NCBI GenBank assembly: GCA_009103225.1
Contig: RHPI01001132.1
Span: 124,001-188,000, forward strand
DNA: 64,000 bases
From: Chlorokybus atmophyticus
Lineage: Eukaryota > Plantae > Mesostigma and Chlorokybus algae
Reading direction: 5' to 3'
Shown piece after piece: positions 37,031-50,641 of this stretch. Position numbers and translations under genes: made by a program. Every line of letters begins with the position of its first letter. Position 1 is the stretch's first letter. The notes under the pieces were generated by a model. That model worked only from the letters and a program-made list of their open reading frames with translations, had not been told where the DNA came from and searched no databases.

Positions 37031-37425
37031 TGTTAAATGTTATAGGTTGTAGAAAGTACATGTACATGTATAGGCGGCGCCTACATGTAGTTGGTACGAT
37101 CAGCTTAACCTTTATAGGTACGGGAGTTACGGGAATTACGAGAGTTATGGGAGTTACGGCAGTTATGGTCAACCATAATTAACTTTGACTTTAACCATTG
37201 ACTTTGACCATTGACTAGTGTTGACTAATGTTGACTTTTACCAGAGTTGACCAGAGTCAACTAGTGCTTAGTAGTATAGTATATAAAACACTGTATACTG
37301 CTTAATACAATGGCTCGCACATTGTCTCTTTAGTTGGCGTGCTTGCTGCACTTGTCCTTGGTGTGTGCACACTTGTATGTAAGAGGCAAATACACACATA
37401 CTAGGCGCATTACTAATTCTCAACA
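37031..37425 (+). mobile_element. Solo copia LTR (LTR1)
   Basis: TG...CA ends; TSD TATGC at 37026-37030 and 37426-37430. Confidence 0.9.
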
Positions 37426-40400
37426 TATGCTTGCTGTAAAAGCCACCCACAATGGTGCGCACCTATACAATATGACGAGATGTAACGCGGCTAGTATTCG
37501 TATTTCAAGTGTGTGGGTACACAGTCAATTAACATATATGTTTGATGGACATTCATGTTAAGCATATTATCAGTGTTAAATGTTGCGATAATCAAGCAAT
37601 ATTGATACTTCATTAATGGTGTTTAAAACACAGAGGTTCATGTTGACTACGTTATTGTGAATCGTTAGACAAGATCTTCTCACATATTAACGTTTTTAAT
37701 ACTTTTAATACTTATGTTAATTGTGTCAACAACGCAGTTGATTTAATGTATGTGTTAAATCTTCCAATGATGCGGTTACATTCAAGCTTATTTGAAAGCT
37801 ACAAACCATTGCAAGATTTTTGCAAGGTACGAATGTTGTTATCTTTGCAAGTGATGTTGATATTGCGTACTGTGTGATCAGGAGTGGCTGTGGCTCCACA
37901 CAGTGATGAAACTATGAGATAATGGTGCAATCTTCTTATTGGTTGCTTGCACCCAAGGGTAAGAATTATTAAAGGTTTGGTGTGAGCCTAGGATATGTAA
38001 GTACAAGGACACTTACCACAAGATGGTTGGCCGCGGCATGCCATAACCCGTCGCTACTTGATGACGTCGTCCATTAGCTCGTCATAGCCTCATGATGCTA
38101 CACCTTCTTCATCTGTACATGTTGTAGCTTCCTCCATGCATGTATGCTAGCTTAGAATCCTCAAGCTGCCCCATCAATGTACATACTGACACACATGATG
38201 CGACACTCGCAACAAGCGCGTCTTAGCCAACTGACTCGAGCATGGGCTTCTATACTAGCCAATTGGCATGTGATGCACGGGGAGATGAGGCTCAGTCCGT
38301 TCCCAAGATGTGCCATACGCTCATACACTTCGCACATGCATATTCAAGCACGTGCACACTCATGGTAAGCACACAACCAAGGCAACAACCATGTCTTAAA
38401 GCCTCTTCAAGTAGGTGTATGCTCCAAATACAACAAGGGATTTGCACTCAACTAGCTGCAACACAATTAAGGACACTTACATACCATCCTACCATGTCTC
38501 TACAACCGTCTTAACCATTTTGGCTATAACAGCCAAGGCCAAATTTCCTAATTTTCATGGCCATATTAGGCCTTATCTATGAGATACCATGTTTTCCATG
38601 AATTTTGACGGATATCAGCGAGTTGCGAGTTTGCCGCAGATATCGACCGGCCTAGTGCCAGTCTGGAAGACGCCAGAAAACGAATGGCCAGTCGACAAGG
38701 GCTCGACCATATTTCTGAAAGGGCCTGGCGCCAAGTAGTATAACTTGACCATATGAGCAGCAACTGAGGAGATCTTTAGTGCGTCGCAAAGGTCGAGAAG
38801 TGTACTACTAGATTCTGCAAGAATATCTTAGCTTTTAATTCCGTCTAGCACTAGAATCGTTTGGACAGTAGCATGTGCAGACTGGTAGGTATAAAAGTGA
38901 CTATCTACAATTTGCAATACAACCTTTAATTCCCTAATTTCTTGTGTGCAAGCTTGGTGGTGGTTAGTAGGGGTTGCTAGCGAGTGTCCACTGGTGTGTG
39001 CTTGCTGGTGTAACAATCCAAGGCGCTACACAAGCCGGTATGTAGCTTCGAGCGCATGCGCGTGCGTACGCGAGTGGCGGGGCGCGCGTGCGTGCTTGGC
39101 AGAGGGGGCAAGGTTCCGGTGTGAATGCTGTGGCTTGGTGAGAGGGTTGTTGATTGGACCAACTCACAGGTAGCAAGGCACGAATAACGTCACAACTAAT
39201 AGTGAAGCACGGTTTACGACGGTGAGACAGGAAGTGTGTGGGCGTTTACACTTTTGATTCGGAAGCGGTGTGTAGTGTGTTGGTGGAGATGGAGGATGCT
39301 CGCATGGAATAGCTTCAAGCTGCCATCTTAGCATCGAGGGAAGAGCTTCATCACACTCAAGCGGCGGCACAAGCACAACGCGAGGCGTATGAGCATGCAA
39401 TGACGCGTGTACAAGTTCCCATGGCATTAGCTAGCGCGTGCATATGAAGGTGCCAAAGCTCAAGCCATTGAAGGGTCAACGTGATGGAGATGCAGTAAAT
39501 GAATGAATTTTCCAAGTATCATTTTGGTTGAAGCTCACGGAGATGCCCACGCATGTGCACGTGTTGCAGCGACATTGCTTGAAGGTGCAGCACTTTTACA
39601 ATGGAGACATCGCTGTACGCGTGTTGCAAGTGGGTTGGCGCTACCATCGACCACCATGAAAGAGTTGGCAACGGAGGTCAGGCTTCACTTTATTCCCGTT
39701 GAGAGCGTGAAGGCCGCACGCGACAAACTTGCAGCCCTTGTGCAAATGGGGTCGGTGATGGCGTACACGGCTGCATTTCAGCGATTGGTGATGTCCATAC
39801 CCAATATGACCGAGGAGGAGCAGCTGGACAGGTATACACATGGTTTAAAACCTTTGGGGCGTAAAAAAGTGGAGCTACAAGACCCGAAGACACTTGCAGA
39901 GGCTATACGCATCGCGGAGCGCCTCGACGCGTTGTACTTCAAGTCCACCACAAGAAACACTGACTGAAGGCAAAGGCATGGTGATCAGCCCCGGGGAGGC
40001 TTCAACATGCATAGAGACGAGGATTCTAAGTTAGTGCTTGCCATTGGAGGTGGAGCTGACTCTGATCCTGCACCAATGGAGGTGGGTGCCATACACACGC
40101 GTAGAAGTGAGGCGGAGCATGGCGGACGTGGTGAAAGAGGTAAAGGTGTGCGCAAGTGTTATGTGTGTGGGTCGATTGAGCATTTGGCGTAAGGATGCCC
40201 CAACAAAGCACGAAAAAGCCAACACCGAATGGCAACCCTCGCCATGATTGTCGCGGTAACACCATGGAGCAAAACGGCGTGGAGCAGGAAAACGACTTCC
40301 CCCGATAGGTGAGGAGGCTACTGCTGCGGATGGGAAGGAGCCTCATGCACAAACGGATGCTGTGATATTTCCATCAAGGAAGCAAGCGAAGATGGCTATG

Positions 40401-40803
40401 AACGCGCCTACGGTGGTGAGTTATGCAGAAGAGGAGACAACAAAGTATTTCGGGCTTCGAGCACACATTTGCGATGACAAAGAAGGATGGAGAGAGTGTA
40501 AGCTCATGATTGATAGCGGTGCCAACAGCAACTTTATGAGTATTGGTATTGCGCCGCGTTACGGTTGACTTCCGTCATTAAGAGGAGTTGAAGTGACGCT
40601 CACTGATGGAAAGCCACCCTCTGGAGGTAATGGCGCTGCGTTTATGACCAAAGAGTTGTGCGTTCGCATTGAGAAGATGAAAGAGAACATGCGACTTTGC
40701 TGTATCACCCTACGGAACAGGTTTGACGGGATTTTGGGACTACCCAGGCTATGGCAACTTAATCCATCCATCAATTGGAGGAAGCGCATGCTCACCATCG
40801 AAT

Positions 40804-42156
40804 GAACAATAGCAAAAGTGCTTCTACAGGTGTGACCCCTTTCTTTCTCAACTACGGCCGTCACCAAAGCACTCCATTGCTTTAATCTCTGCCTGCTGCT
40901 GAGCCTGTTGATGCTGCTCACCACTTTTTGCGACAAAGAGCCGAAGTTTTGAAGCTTGAGCGCGACTCTGCATTGATAGCGCAAAACAGGCAGAAACAGT
41001 ACGCAGACACTCGTCGCCGAGAACTCTCCTTTGCAGTTGGTGATTAGGTGCTATTGACTGCTAAACATCTACCCTTGCTCACATCCGTATGAAAGCTTTC
41101 GGACAGGTGGATTGGTCCCTTTCAAGTCACGGCAGCGGTGTCTTCTGTTGCTTACAAGTTGGACTTGCCACCTACTATGCGCGCACATCCAGTCTTTCGT
41201 GTGAGCCTCTTGAAGCCTTATATCGGTGAGCCTCCTGCACGCCCTCTTGCTGTTGTTATTGACAACTCGCATGCGGAGTTCGAAGTGGAAGACATTTTAG
41301 ATGATGCTGTACGCAAGGGCGTAAGACAGTATTTGGTCAAGTGGGTTGGCTACCCTGTATACGAGTCGACTTGCGAACCCGCAGAGCATTTAGCAAATGC
41401 CCCTGCCATTCTTGAGGGATATCATGCACGCCGTAGTGCAGCTTCGAGGACGAAGGTTCTGTGAGCGGGGAGGAGTTGTAACAAAGTTGGTGTTACACTT
41501 TCCTTTAAGCTACGTTTCTAGCCCTTCTACCCCAAACCAGCCCTACTTAACAGGCCTGACGCGGTATGCTTATATAAGGTCCCGCGTCGCCGGGTTATTC
41601 TTGCATCGAGGGCGCACGTTCAAAAGGTCACGCGAGCGTTATGCGCTGACATTTGACCACCGCTGACAGTTTCTATGCGCCAACGCAGTTTTAAACAGCT
41701 AATACACATGTTTTCGGCATGTGTTGGCGGTGCAGTCAACATAGTTGACTTCTACAATGTTAGTATAGCCTCTCAGGGATATAAGTAGCTAGTAAATTGC
41801 TATTAGGGAGGTTGGACCAAGTAGAAATAGAAAAAGTTATTGATCTGATTGTAAACGGTGTGTGCGTGCTTGTGTAGTTTGCATCCACGGCGAGTGCAAA
41901 TGGGTTTGCTTTTGCTGCAGCTCTTGCACGGACCAGACTGCCCCCACAAGCTTTGAGGCGCCTACATTGCCCTCAAGGTGGTCAACCCCACGGTGCAAAC
42001 ACTGTTGTTGATTAATTGCGAGTAGGTGCACGTGTGATAGCGCCATTGGTGTGCTCAGTTGCATCCTAGCTCGTTCATCAGGCTGGTAGCTCTGGTAAGG
42101 TGTTCAATTAGCACGAGCATCGTTACATTTTGGTACTGGAGCGGAGACGATCGAAT
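40804..42156 (+). mobile_element. Circularly permuted gypsy fragment: IN C-terminus, chromodomain, PPT, single LTR (41477-42127), PBS-like site
   Basis: Flanked by ATCGAAT repeats (40797-40803, 42150-42156). LTR has TGTAAC/GTTACA ends and differs from the host LTR3. Host pol is in frame across the empty site apart from one TAG. Confidence 0.8.
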
Positions 42157-43301
42157 AGAACGGTGGAGAGTCCATTCAAGGTATGCGCGCATGCCCTGTT
42201 GAAAAGGAAGATCGCTTTGCGGAAAGCAAGAGAGATTTTGCAATAGCTGCGTCGGATGTCATCGAGGCGCGGCACGCACAATTAGGTGGTACAACAATTG
42301 ACCAAATCTCTTTGTGCAATCGAGGAAGTTATTGTCTCCACGGAAGGCGAAGGCTGCATGGTTGTGCGTGGTGCGCGAAAACACTGCAAAGTCAGCACCG
42401 GAGCTGAGTGATGATGTTAAGACGGCTACAATGGACTCCAAGGTGTGAAAACTTGTTAAAGAATATCAAGATATCATTGACGGACTTTCATCTGGTCTAC
42501 CACCGCTACGGAGCGTAGACCACCGTGTGGAGCTAATTGAGGGCGTGCACAAGCCACCGTATCGACCCGTATACAAGTTGTCACCTTTGGAGCTAGAAGA
42601 GGCCGAGAGGCACGTGGCGCACTTGCTGAAAAGAGGCTACATCGGGCCTAGTAAGTCCCCTTATGGTGCACCTATGTTGTTTGTACGAAAGAAGAACGGG
42701 AGCTTGCACATGTGCGTCGACTACCAAGCTCTCAACAACATCACCAAAAGGAGTTGCTTTCCACTCCCATGTATCAACGAGTTGCTGGAGCAATTGCGAG
42801 GTGCGCAGTACTTCACAACACTTGATCTTGCTGGAGGTTATCACCAAATTCGCATCGCGCCCAAGGATGTGGAGAGAAAACAGCTTTTAACGCACGTTAT
42901 GGGCACTACGAGTGGTTGGTCATGTCCTTCGAAATTACGAACGCGCCGGCAACATTTAAACGCTAATGAACACCGTTTTGGCTAGGTTGATTAGTAAGGG
43001 AGTCCTCGTGTACCTCGACGACATGTTGGTGTACGCGAAGACAAAAGAGGAGCACGTGGCACTTCTACGGCGCGTGTTACAGCGTTTGCGCGAACACATG
43101 TTGTACGCCCAGCTACAAAAGTGCAAATTTATGCTTCGGGAGGTGGAGTACCTAGGCCACATCGTGTCGCATGAAGGCATAAGCCGGACCCCAACAAAGT
43201 GCTGATGGTGCGCGAGTGGGCTTCCCCGACTAATGTAAAGGAGGTGATGTCCTTTTTCGGCCTTGCGGGGTATTATTGCAAGTTTAACATGGGGTTTTCT
43301 T

Positions 43302-45179
43302 TCTTAAATGTTATAGGTTGTAGAAAGTACATGTATAGGCGGCGCCTACATGTAGTTGGTATGATCAGCTTAACCTTTATAGGTACGAGAGTTATGGGGA
43401 GTTACGGCAGTTACGGTCAACCATGATCAACTTTGACTTTGACCGTTGACTTTGACCATTGACTAGTGTTGACTAGTGTTGACTTTTACCAGAGTTGACT
43501 ACAGTTAACTAGTGCTTAGTAGCATAGTATATAAGACACTGTAGACTGCTTAATTCAGTGGGTCGCACATTGTCTCTATAATTGGCGTGCTTGCTGCACT
43601 TGTCCTTAATGTGTGCACACTGGTATGTAAGAGGCAAATACACATACACTAGGCGCATCACTCGCGCAAGTTGCAGCTGAGACGCAAGCTGACACTTTTG
43701 AGGATGGAGCACAAAGAGCCAATCCAGAAGTACATCTCGCGTGCAAGGGAGCTTTGGCAAGACCTTGCAGCAGTGGGCCACGGTGTGAAGGCAGTGGAGG
43801 TGATGTGGGCAGTCTTAGCTGGCTTAAGAAAGAGCTTTGCTATGCTAGTGACTGTGTTTGAGTCCTCAGATGTGGTTTTGAAGTTTGCTGATGTAGTGTC
43901 TAAGCTGCTAGCTGTGGAAGGCAAGTTGGATGTTCATGAGATGGAGAATGATGGTGAACCTATTGCACTTGCTGCCTTATCTTCCCAACACACACGAAGC
44001 AGGAGCAAAGCAGGTGGTGGGAAGCCATTACGTGACAAAGAGTGTCACTATTGCAAGATAAAGGGCCACTTCATTCGCGAGTGCCAGAAGGATCCACGAC
44101 GAGGCAACCAAGGAGGAGCACGCAAAGATAGCGATTGCTTTCTAACATTGGTGAGGACCTTAAGGAGTTGCAGTGGATGGTGTTCGTCCGTCCTCTCCCA
44201 CTGTAAGGGCGCGTCAAGGACATGCGTAGACAAAGGTCGCAGACACAAAGGTCTGTCAGAGTTACTGCTAGCCTGAGTAGTTGCTGGTATTGAGCTGCAT
44301 ACACTAGAGGTTGCATTGCTATGGAGTTTTTTTAGTAGCACAAAGGTGTGCGGTACTGGTTAGGACACTTCACTCAATTGGCATGCAAGGACTGAGTCGT
44401 ATAGCTAGCTAACAGGAGATGGGAGGGGTGCTTTCCTTGGTAGAAGGGTCTGATCAACCCTTGCACGGCCTACACTGTGGTACAGCATTGCTAAGGTAGA
44501 GAACTCAGTGTAGTTTATATAGCATAGTTTGCCATTGAGGGAGTCTTCGAAACCACCTGAGCAAGGTCAGGCGTGGCGTGGTGGAACCTGATGCGACAAC
44601 TATGAGGAGGAAACAAGGAGTATTGGAACCTTGTAGTCCTGTTGGCAGCACGAGGAGAAGGATGGTGTCATGGAGACAAGCATCAAGTCCGTGGGAGCAA
44701 CACGTTTGTGGGAGTGTTCAATGGAGTAAGTTAATGTGGGTAAGCTTGCGAGAAGAACTTGGAGTTCAAGGTCAAGCTGCTCGCGTGGGAGTGTTAAATG
44801 TTATAGGTTGTAGAAAGTACATGTATAGGCGGCGCCTACATGTAGTTGGTACGATCAGCTTAACCTTTAGTTACGGGAGTTACGAGAGTTACGAGAGTTA
44901 CGGGAATTACGGCAATTACGGTCAACCATGATCAACTTTGACTTTGACCATTGACTTTGACCATTGACTAGTGTTGACTAGTGTTGACTTCAACCAGAGG
45001 TAAACTAGAGTTATCTAGTGCTTAGTAGCATAGTATATAAGACACTGTATACTGCTTAATACAGTGGGTTGCACATTGTCTCTATAGTTGGCGTGCTTGC
45101 TGCACTTGTCCTTGATGTGTGCACACTTGTATGTAAGAGGCAAATACACACACACTAGGCGCATCACTAGTTCTCAACA
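43302..45179 (+). mobile_element. gag-only copia-derived element, copy 3 (PBS and 5' gag deleted), inserted at the RT/RH boundary of chromovirus 2
   Basis: 5' LTR 43302-43662 fused to gag at ACT microhomology; gag ORF 43671-44276; PPT; 3' LTR 44792-45179; imperfect TTTTC-like TSD. Confidence 0.85.
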
Positions 45180-46267
45180 TTTTCGCATAGCTGCTCTATT
45201 GACTGCCCTACTCATGAAGGGAAAGCGTTGGAGCTGGTCAGCAACAGAGGAACATGCATTTGATGCGTTGAAGAAGGCGCTGGTGGAGGTACCAGTCCTG
45301 GCTCACCGCGACATGGAAAAGACATTTATTTTGGCTTGCGACGCGTCCGACACAGCTGTAGGAGCTGTTTTGCAGCAAGACCATGGCAACGGCCTTCAAC
45401 CAATAGCATTTTTCAGCAAGAAGATGAGTGGTGCGGAGCTGAATTACCCCGTGCACGAGAGGGATCTTTTGGCGCAAGTAATGGCGCTACGACAATGGCG
45501 TTGTTTTCTGAAAGGCAAAAAGATTGTGCTTGAGACGGATCACTCTCCACTAAGGTACTTACAAACACAACCTCATCTACGTCGTAACGAGCACGATGGT
45601 TGGAGTTCTTTCACCTTTTTTACTTCGATATCAAGTACAAGCCCGGTATGACAAATGGTGTTGCTGATGCGCTGAGCCGGCTTAATGCAATTGAGGCACT
45701 CGCTCAAGTGCAGCCCGAGTGGACCGATCAGATTTGGCAAGTGCTTCGTGAAGACACGGAGGGTATGAAAGTGTTGCAAAAGCTGAAAAGTGCAGCTACG
45801 GACATAAGTGGGCATTGGTCAATGCGCGACGGGCTGTTATGGCACCACGGGCGCTTGTACATCCCCAATGTCGCACATATCCGTGCTGAAGGAAGCTCAT
45901 GACGTGCCCATTGCTGGTCACCAAGGGTTGGAGAGGACTTTGGCAAGCTTGAAACAGCGTTTTTACTGGCGAGAGATGCATCGTGATGTGCGCGATTATG
46001 TGGCGTTGTGCATGCCAAAGGGTGAAGGCAAGCAACTCAATGCCAGGTGGGTTGCTGTAACCTCTCCATGTGCCATTGTCCAAGTGGGAGCAAGCTACCG
46101 TGGACTTTATCATGGGGCTACCAAACACAAAAGAAGGGTGTGTTCGTTAAAACCAGTAAATTGATACGCTTGGCGCCGTGTGGTAAATCTTGCACGGCAC
46201 CGGAGTCAGCACGCTTATTTGTGAAGCATGTGTTTCGTTTTCACAAATTACCATAAAGCATCGTGAG

Positions 46268-49200
46268 TGTTTATCGTACCTATGTAGGTGGCGCCTTAGC
46301 TAAACTTCTACGATCAACTTATCTTTGGGAGTTACGGGAGTTATAATCAACGGCCGTTACGGGAGTTACAGTTAATCTTAGTAAATGTTGGCTTTGACTT
46401 TGACTTTAACCATTGACTTTGACTTTGACTTTGACTAGTGTTAACTAGTGTTGACTTTGACTAGAGTTGACTAGTGTTGACTAGCACTCGCTAGTGTACT
46501 ATATAAGACACTGTCTGTTGTGTAATACAGTAAGATCCACTCTGCACTACTCTACTATAGTCAGCGCCACACTTGTGCTTGTCATTGTTGCTACTGTGCA
46601 ATCTCAATAGTTTATGGGCCCACACTATCGCTAGCATAGCACACACAAGTTGGTATAGCTTGGGGAGGCGCCGTCTTCATTGCAGGCTAGCAAAGGAAGC
46701 AGGGGGACCAGCTACGACAAGATGATTGTCGAACCACTAGACCTGGATACCTATGGGACATGGAGCATCCGAATGCAGATGCTACTCATGCACAAAGATC
46801 TATGGTTGGTGGTGGATCCCATGGAGCGCCCTCTCGGCTTAGAGGACGCACCCACAAAGAAAGTGACCAATCAGGCACTTGCATTGATAAGATTGAATGT
46901 GGTACAACATCACTTAGCGCTTGTTGCACGTTGCAAGTGTGCTAGAATTGTGGCATAAGTTTTTTGAGGTTACAAGGCTGAGAACAATGTTAAGAAGTTG
47001 CAGTTGAGGAAGCAGTTGAATGCTTTGAGAAAGGATGCTGCTGAATCTGTCATGAAGTTCATCTCACAAACTCGGCACCTGTGGGACGACTTGCTTGCCA
47101 TTGGACATGAAGTAAAAGAGGTGGAGGTGGTCTGGGTTATTCTTGCTGGCTTACCCAAGGAGTTCGAGATGACCGTCACCATTATGGAGTCAACCAGTGA
47201 GGAGCTCACCCTCGAGACCATCACCCCACGCCTACTTCAAGTCAAGCAATGCGCATCCACTTCACGCCAGGATGAGGCTGAAGCTGCAGCATTCGCGGCA
47301 CAATCCAATCCACGTTTCAACAACAACAATGGTGGTGGGAAAAAGGAGATGCGTAACTGCCAATACTGTGACATGAAGGGACACCTAAAAAAGGACTACC
47401 GAAAGTTGAAGCGCGATCAGCAACAGAAACAAGGTTCTAATAGGCATGCTGTAGCACTTGCTGCTAGCACTACTGCTAACGAGAGCGCTTGGTTGTTGGA
47501 TTCTGCGTGCACCCAGCATATGACTCCACACAGACATGAGTTCCAGGTATATCCTGCTCTGAGCGATGCTGCTGCTGTGAAAGTGAGATTTGGCAACAAG
47601 CAGCACTTGCAAGCTGTGGGAGTGGGCACCGTCATTCTACACACAAAAGTGGCGGGCGCTACATAAAAAGTGGCCCTGAAGGAGGTAATTTACGTGCCGG
47701 GACTAGCCTCCAGCATGTTCTCTATCCAAAGAGCTACAAGCGCGGACGCCAAAGTTGACTTCACTGCTGCGAAGTGTCAAGTTAAGGTGAAAAACATCAT
47801 TGTTGTGGAGGGCACACTGCTAGGAAGTCTGTATTGCATCAAACTGGACCGGCAGCATGCGATGTCTGCGGCAGTCACTGCATCAGCAACAGCACTTCTA
47901 TGGCATCGGCGATTCGCACATCTTGAGTGGGACAACATGGCAAGATTGGTGGCTGAAGGCATGGTGAATGGGATCAACATACAAGTGGAGGACATGAAAG
48001 CAGCAAAAGGTGATCTGTGTGAAACGTATGTGTTGAGCAAGATGCCTAGACAACCCTTTCCCACTTCTTCCCGCATCAATATAGCACCCTTGCAGCTCGT
48101 ACACATGGATGTGTGCGGACCCATGCCAGTTACATCCGTAGGAGGAAGTTGGTACGTTGCCACTTTCTTATATGACTTCAGCAATCTATCTGCCATTGTA
48201 CATGTTGCTGCGAAATCAGATGTTGCTGCTATAGTCAAGAGGACTCTTATTCTATTGGCTACACAAGCAACGACAAAAGTGTTGGCGTTGAGAAGTGATC
48301 GGGGCGCTGAATACCTCAATTACACTCTAAAGAGCTACCTGAAAGAGCACGGTATCAAGCATGAGACCACTGCACCTTACACCCCCGAGCACAACGGTGC
48401 TGCTGAGCATCTCAACCGCACAGTTGTGGAGCGTGTGGGTGCCATGCTTACAGATGCAAAGCTGAAGAAATCTTTAAGGGCTGAGGCATTTGTCACGGCC
48501 AACTACATCCGTAACAGGTCAGCTATGAGCAACAAAGCCAAGACCCCGTGGGAGTTGTTGCATGGTGAGAAGCCCGATGTTACGCACATGTGTGTGTTTG
48601 GAGCCAAGGCATATCCGCACATCCCTAAGCACTTGAGGAGGGAGCTGGAGAATGTGAGGGAGACAGGCGTCTTTATAGGATATAAGCCCAACTCCAAGGC
48701 GTACAGGATCTTGCATGAGGACGGCAAGATTATGGTTCGAAGGGATGTTGTCTTCGACGAGAAGATGGTGGCAACAATATTGATAACACTTTTACCAATT
48801 ATGGACGTTGACATTATCGATGAGCTGGAGGTTGTCGTCGCACCACTTGTCAATATGAAGGTCCCTGGCAATGCGCCACACCTCGAGGAGGAAGTGATTG
48901 CACCTGTTGAGGAGCAGGAGAGGCGCTACCCTCTACGAACAAGAGCGCCACCACACTTCACCCAAAGATTTCAGGCTATGAGCGCTGATATCATTGAGGA
49001 GAAAGAGCGAAGCATCTACCACGAGGCCATCACAGCTCCGGATGCAGAGTTGTGGCGTAAGGCCATGGATGAGGAAATTGCTTCGCTTCACGCCAATAAG
49101 ACTTTTGCACTTGAGCAGGTTCCACAAGGTGTGAAGCCTATACCTGTTAAGTGGGTGTTCAAGATCAAGCGTGGCGGCAAGGGCAACATTGAGCGCTACA

Positions 49201-50641
49201 AGGCGCGACTTGTGGCAAAGGGATTCCTTCAACAGGAGGGAGTTGACTACAAGGAGTATTTGCACCTGCCAGCAAGCACACAACTTTTAGAGCATTGCTC
49301 GCCAAGGTTGCTGTGGAGGACTTGGAGCTGCATCACCTAGATGTGAAGCCTGCCTTCCTCTATGGAGAGTTGGAGGAACAAATCTTCGTGCAGCAACCTC
49401 AAGGGTACGAAGAGGGAGACACAGGCAAGGCATGCTTGTTACATAAGGCTTTGTATGGGCTTAGACAGGCACCACGTGTCTAGCACATTCGACTCAGCAA
49501 AGAGCTAGAGAAGATGGGCATACAGCAGTCTGCAGCAGACCCCGGGCTCTTCATCAGTGAAGACGGAAGTCTGGCTACTGGTGTACGTTGACGACATTAT
49601 CCTGGCATCTGCGGGTATTGCTGCAATGACCCGAATCAAGGTGACACTGCAATCTGCGTTCGAGATTCACGATGTTGGAGATGCACACTTGTTCCTCGAT
49701 ATTGTGATCAACAGGATCACAGATGCGAAGACCATCAAGATCACACAGAAGCAGATGGTGCTGGACTTATCCAAGAAGTTCAAGGTACAGGATGCAAAGG
49801 GCAAGGCAACACCACTGAGCGTGGGAGTACAGCTACTTAAGGCACGGGACACTGCTTTTGTACTCGACAAGACTGTCTACCCCTACGGTGAGCTAGTAGG
49901 AAGTCTCATCTACTTGTCCATTGCTACAAGACCTGACATCGCGCAAGCCGTGGGAGTCTTGGCGAGGTACATGTCAGCACCCATCATAGAGCACTAGAAG
50001 GCGGCAAAAGGAGTTCTTCGCTACCTTGGCAGCACTGCAAACATGGGTATCATCTTTAGAAAGACGAAAGACATCACACTACATGGCTATCGTGATGCGG
50101 ATTATGCAAGAGACCTCGACACGAGGAGGTCTACCACAGGTTACACTTTCTTGATGGGAGGAGGCGTCGTTAGCTGGAAGAGTCGACTACACCCAACTGT
50201 TGCTGCGTCCACTACCAAGGCCGAGTACATGCGGCTTCATCTGCGGTGAACGAAGCACTGTGGCTTCGCAAGTTGATCATCGACCTTGGGCATGCAGCGA
50301 GCTGTGTCACCATTTTATGTGACAACCAAGGAGCACTCAAGCTGAGCATGCACCCCATCACATCCGCCAGGTCATAGCATATTGACATTATGCACCATTT
50401 GGTGAGAGAGAGAGTTGCACGTGGGGAAGTGGAGTTCAAGTACTGCAGCACTGAGGATATGCTCGCTGACTGCATGACAAAACCACTACCACCAACCAAG
50501 TTCCATACATGCTGCATGGAGCTAGGAGTTGAAGGTTAAGTTGCTCGCGTGGGAGTGTTAAAGGTACCTATGTAGGTGGCGCCTTATCTAAACTTTTATG
50601 ATCAACTTATCTTCGGGAGGTACTACTGTGCAAACTCAATA
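46268..50641 (+). mobile_element. Ty1/copia element (full domain set, decayed), inserted in the IN of chromovirus 2
   Basis: TSD GTGAG/GTAAG; the host SIVS|DCDPRF motif rejoins; 5' LTR 46268-46609; PBS GTTTATGGGCCCAC; internally deleted 3' LTR ~50555-50641. Confidence 0.92.
46722..50540 (+). pseudogene. Copia gag-pol (gag, PR, GAG-pre-IN, IN, RT, RNase H)
   Basis: CQYCDMKGHLKKDY; WLLDSAC; LWHRRFAH; HMDVCGP...RSDRGAEY...NGAAE; ARLVAKGF; YVDD; DADYARDLDTRRSTTGY. Stops and frameshifts present. Confidence 0.9.
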
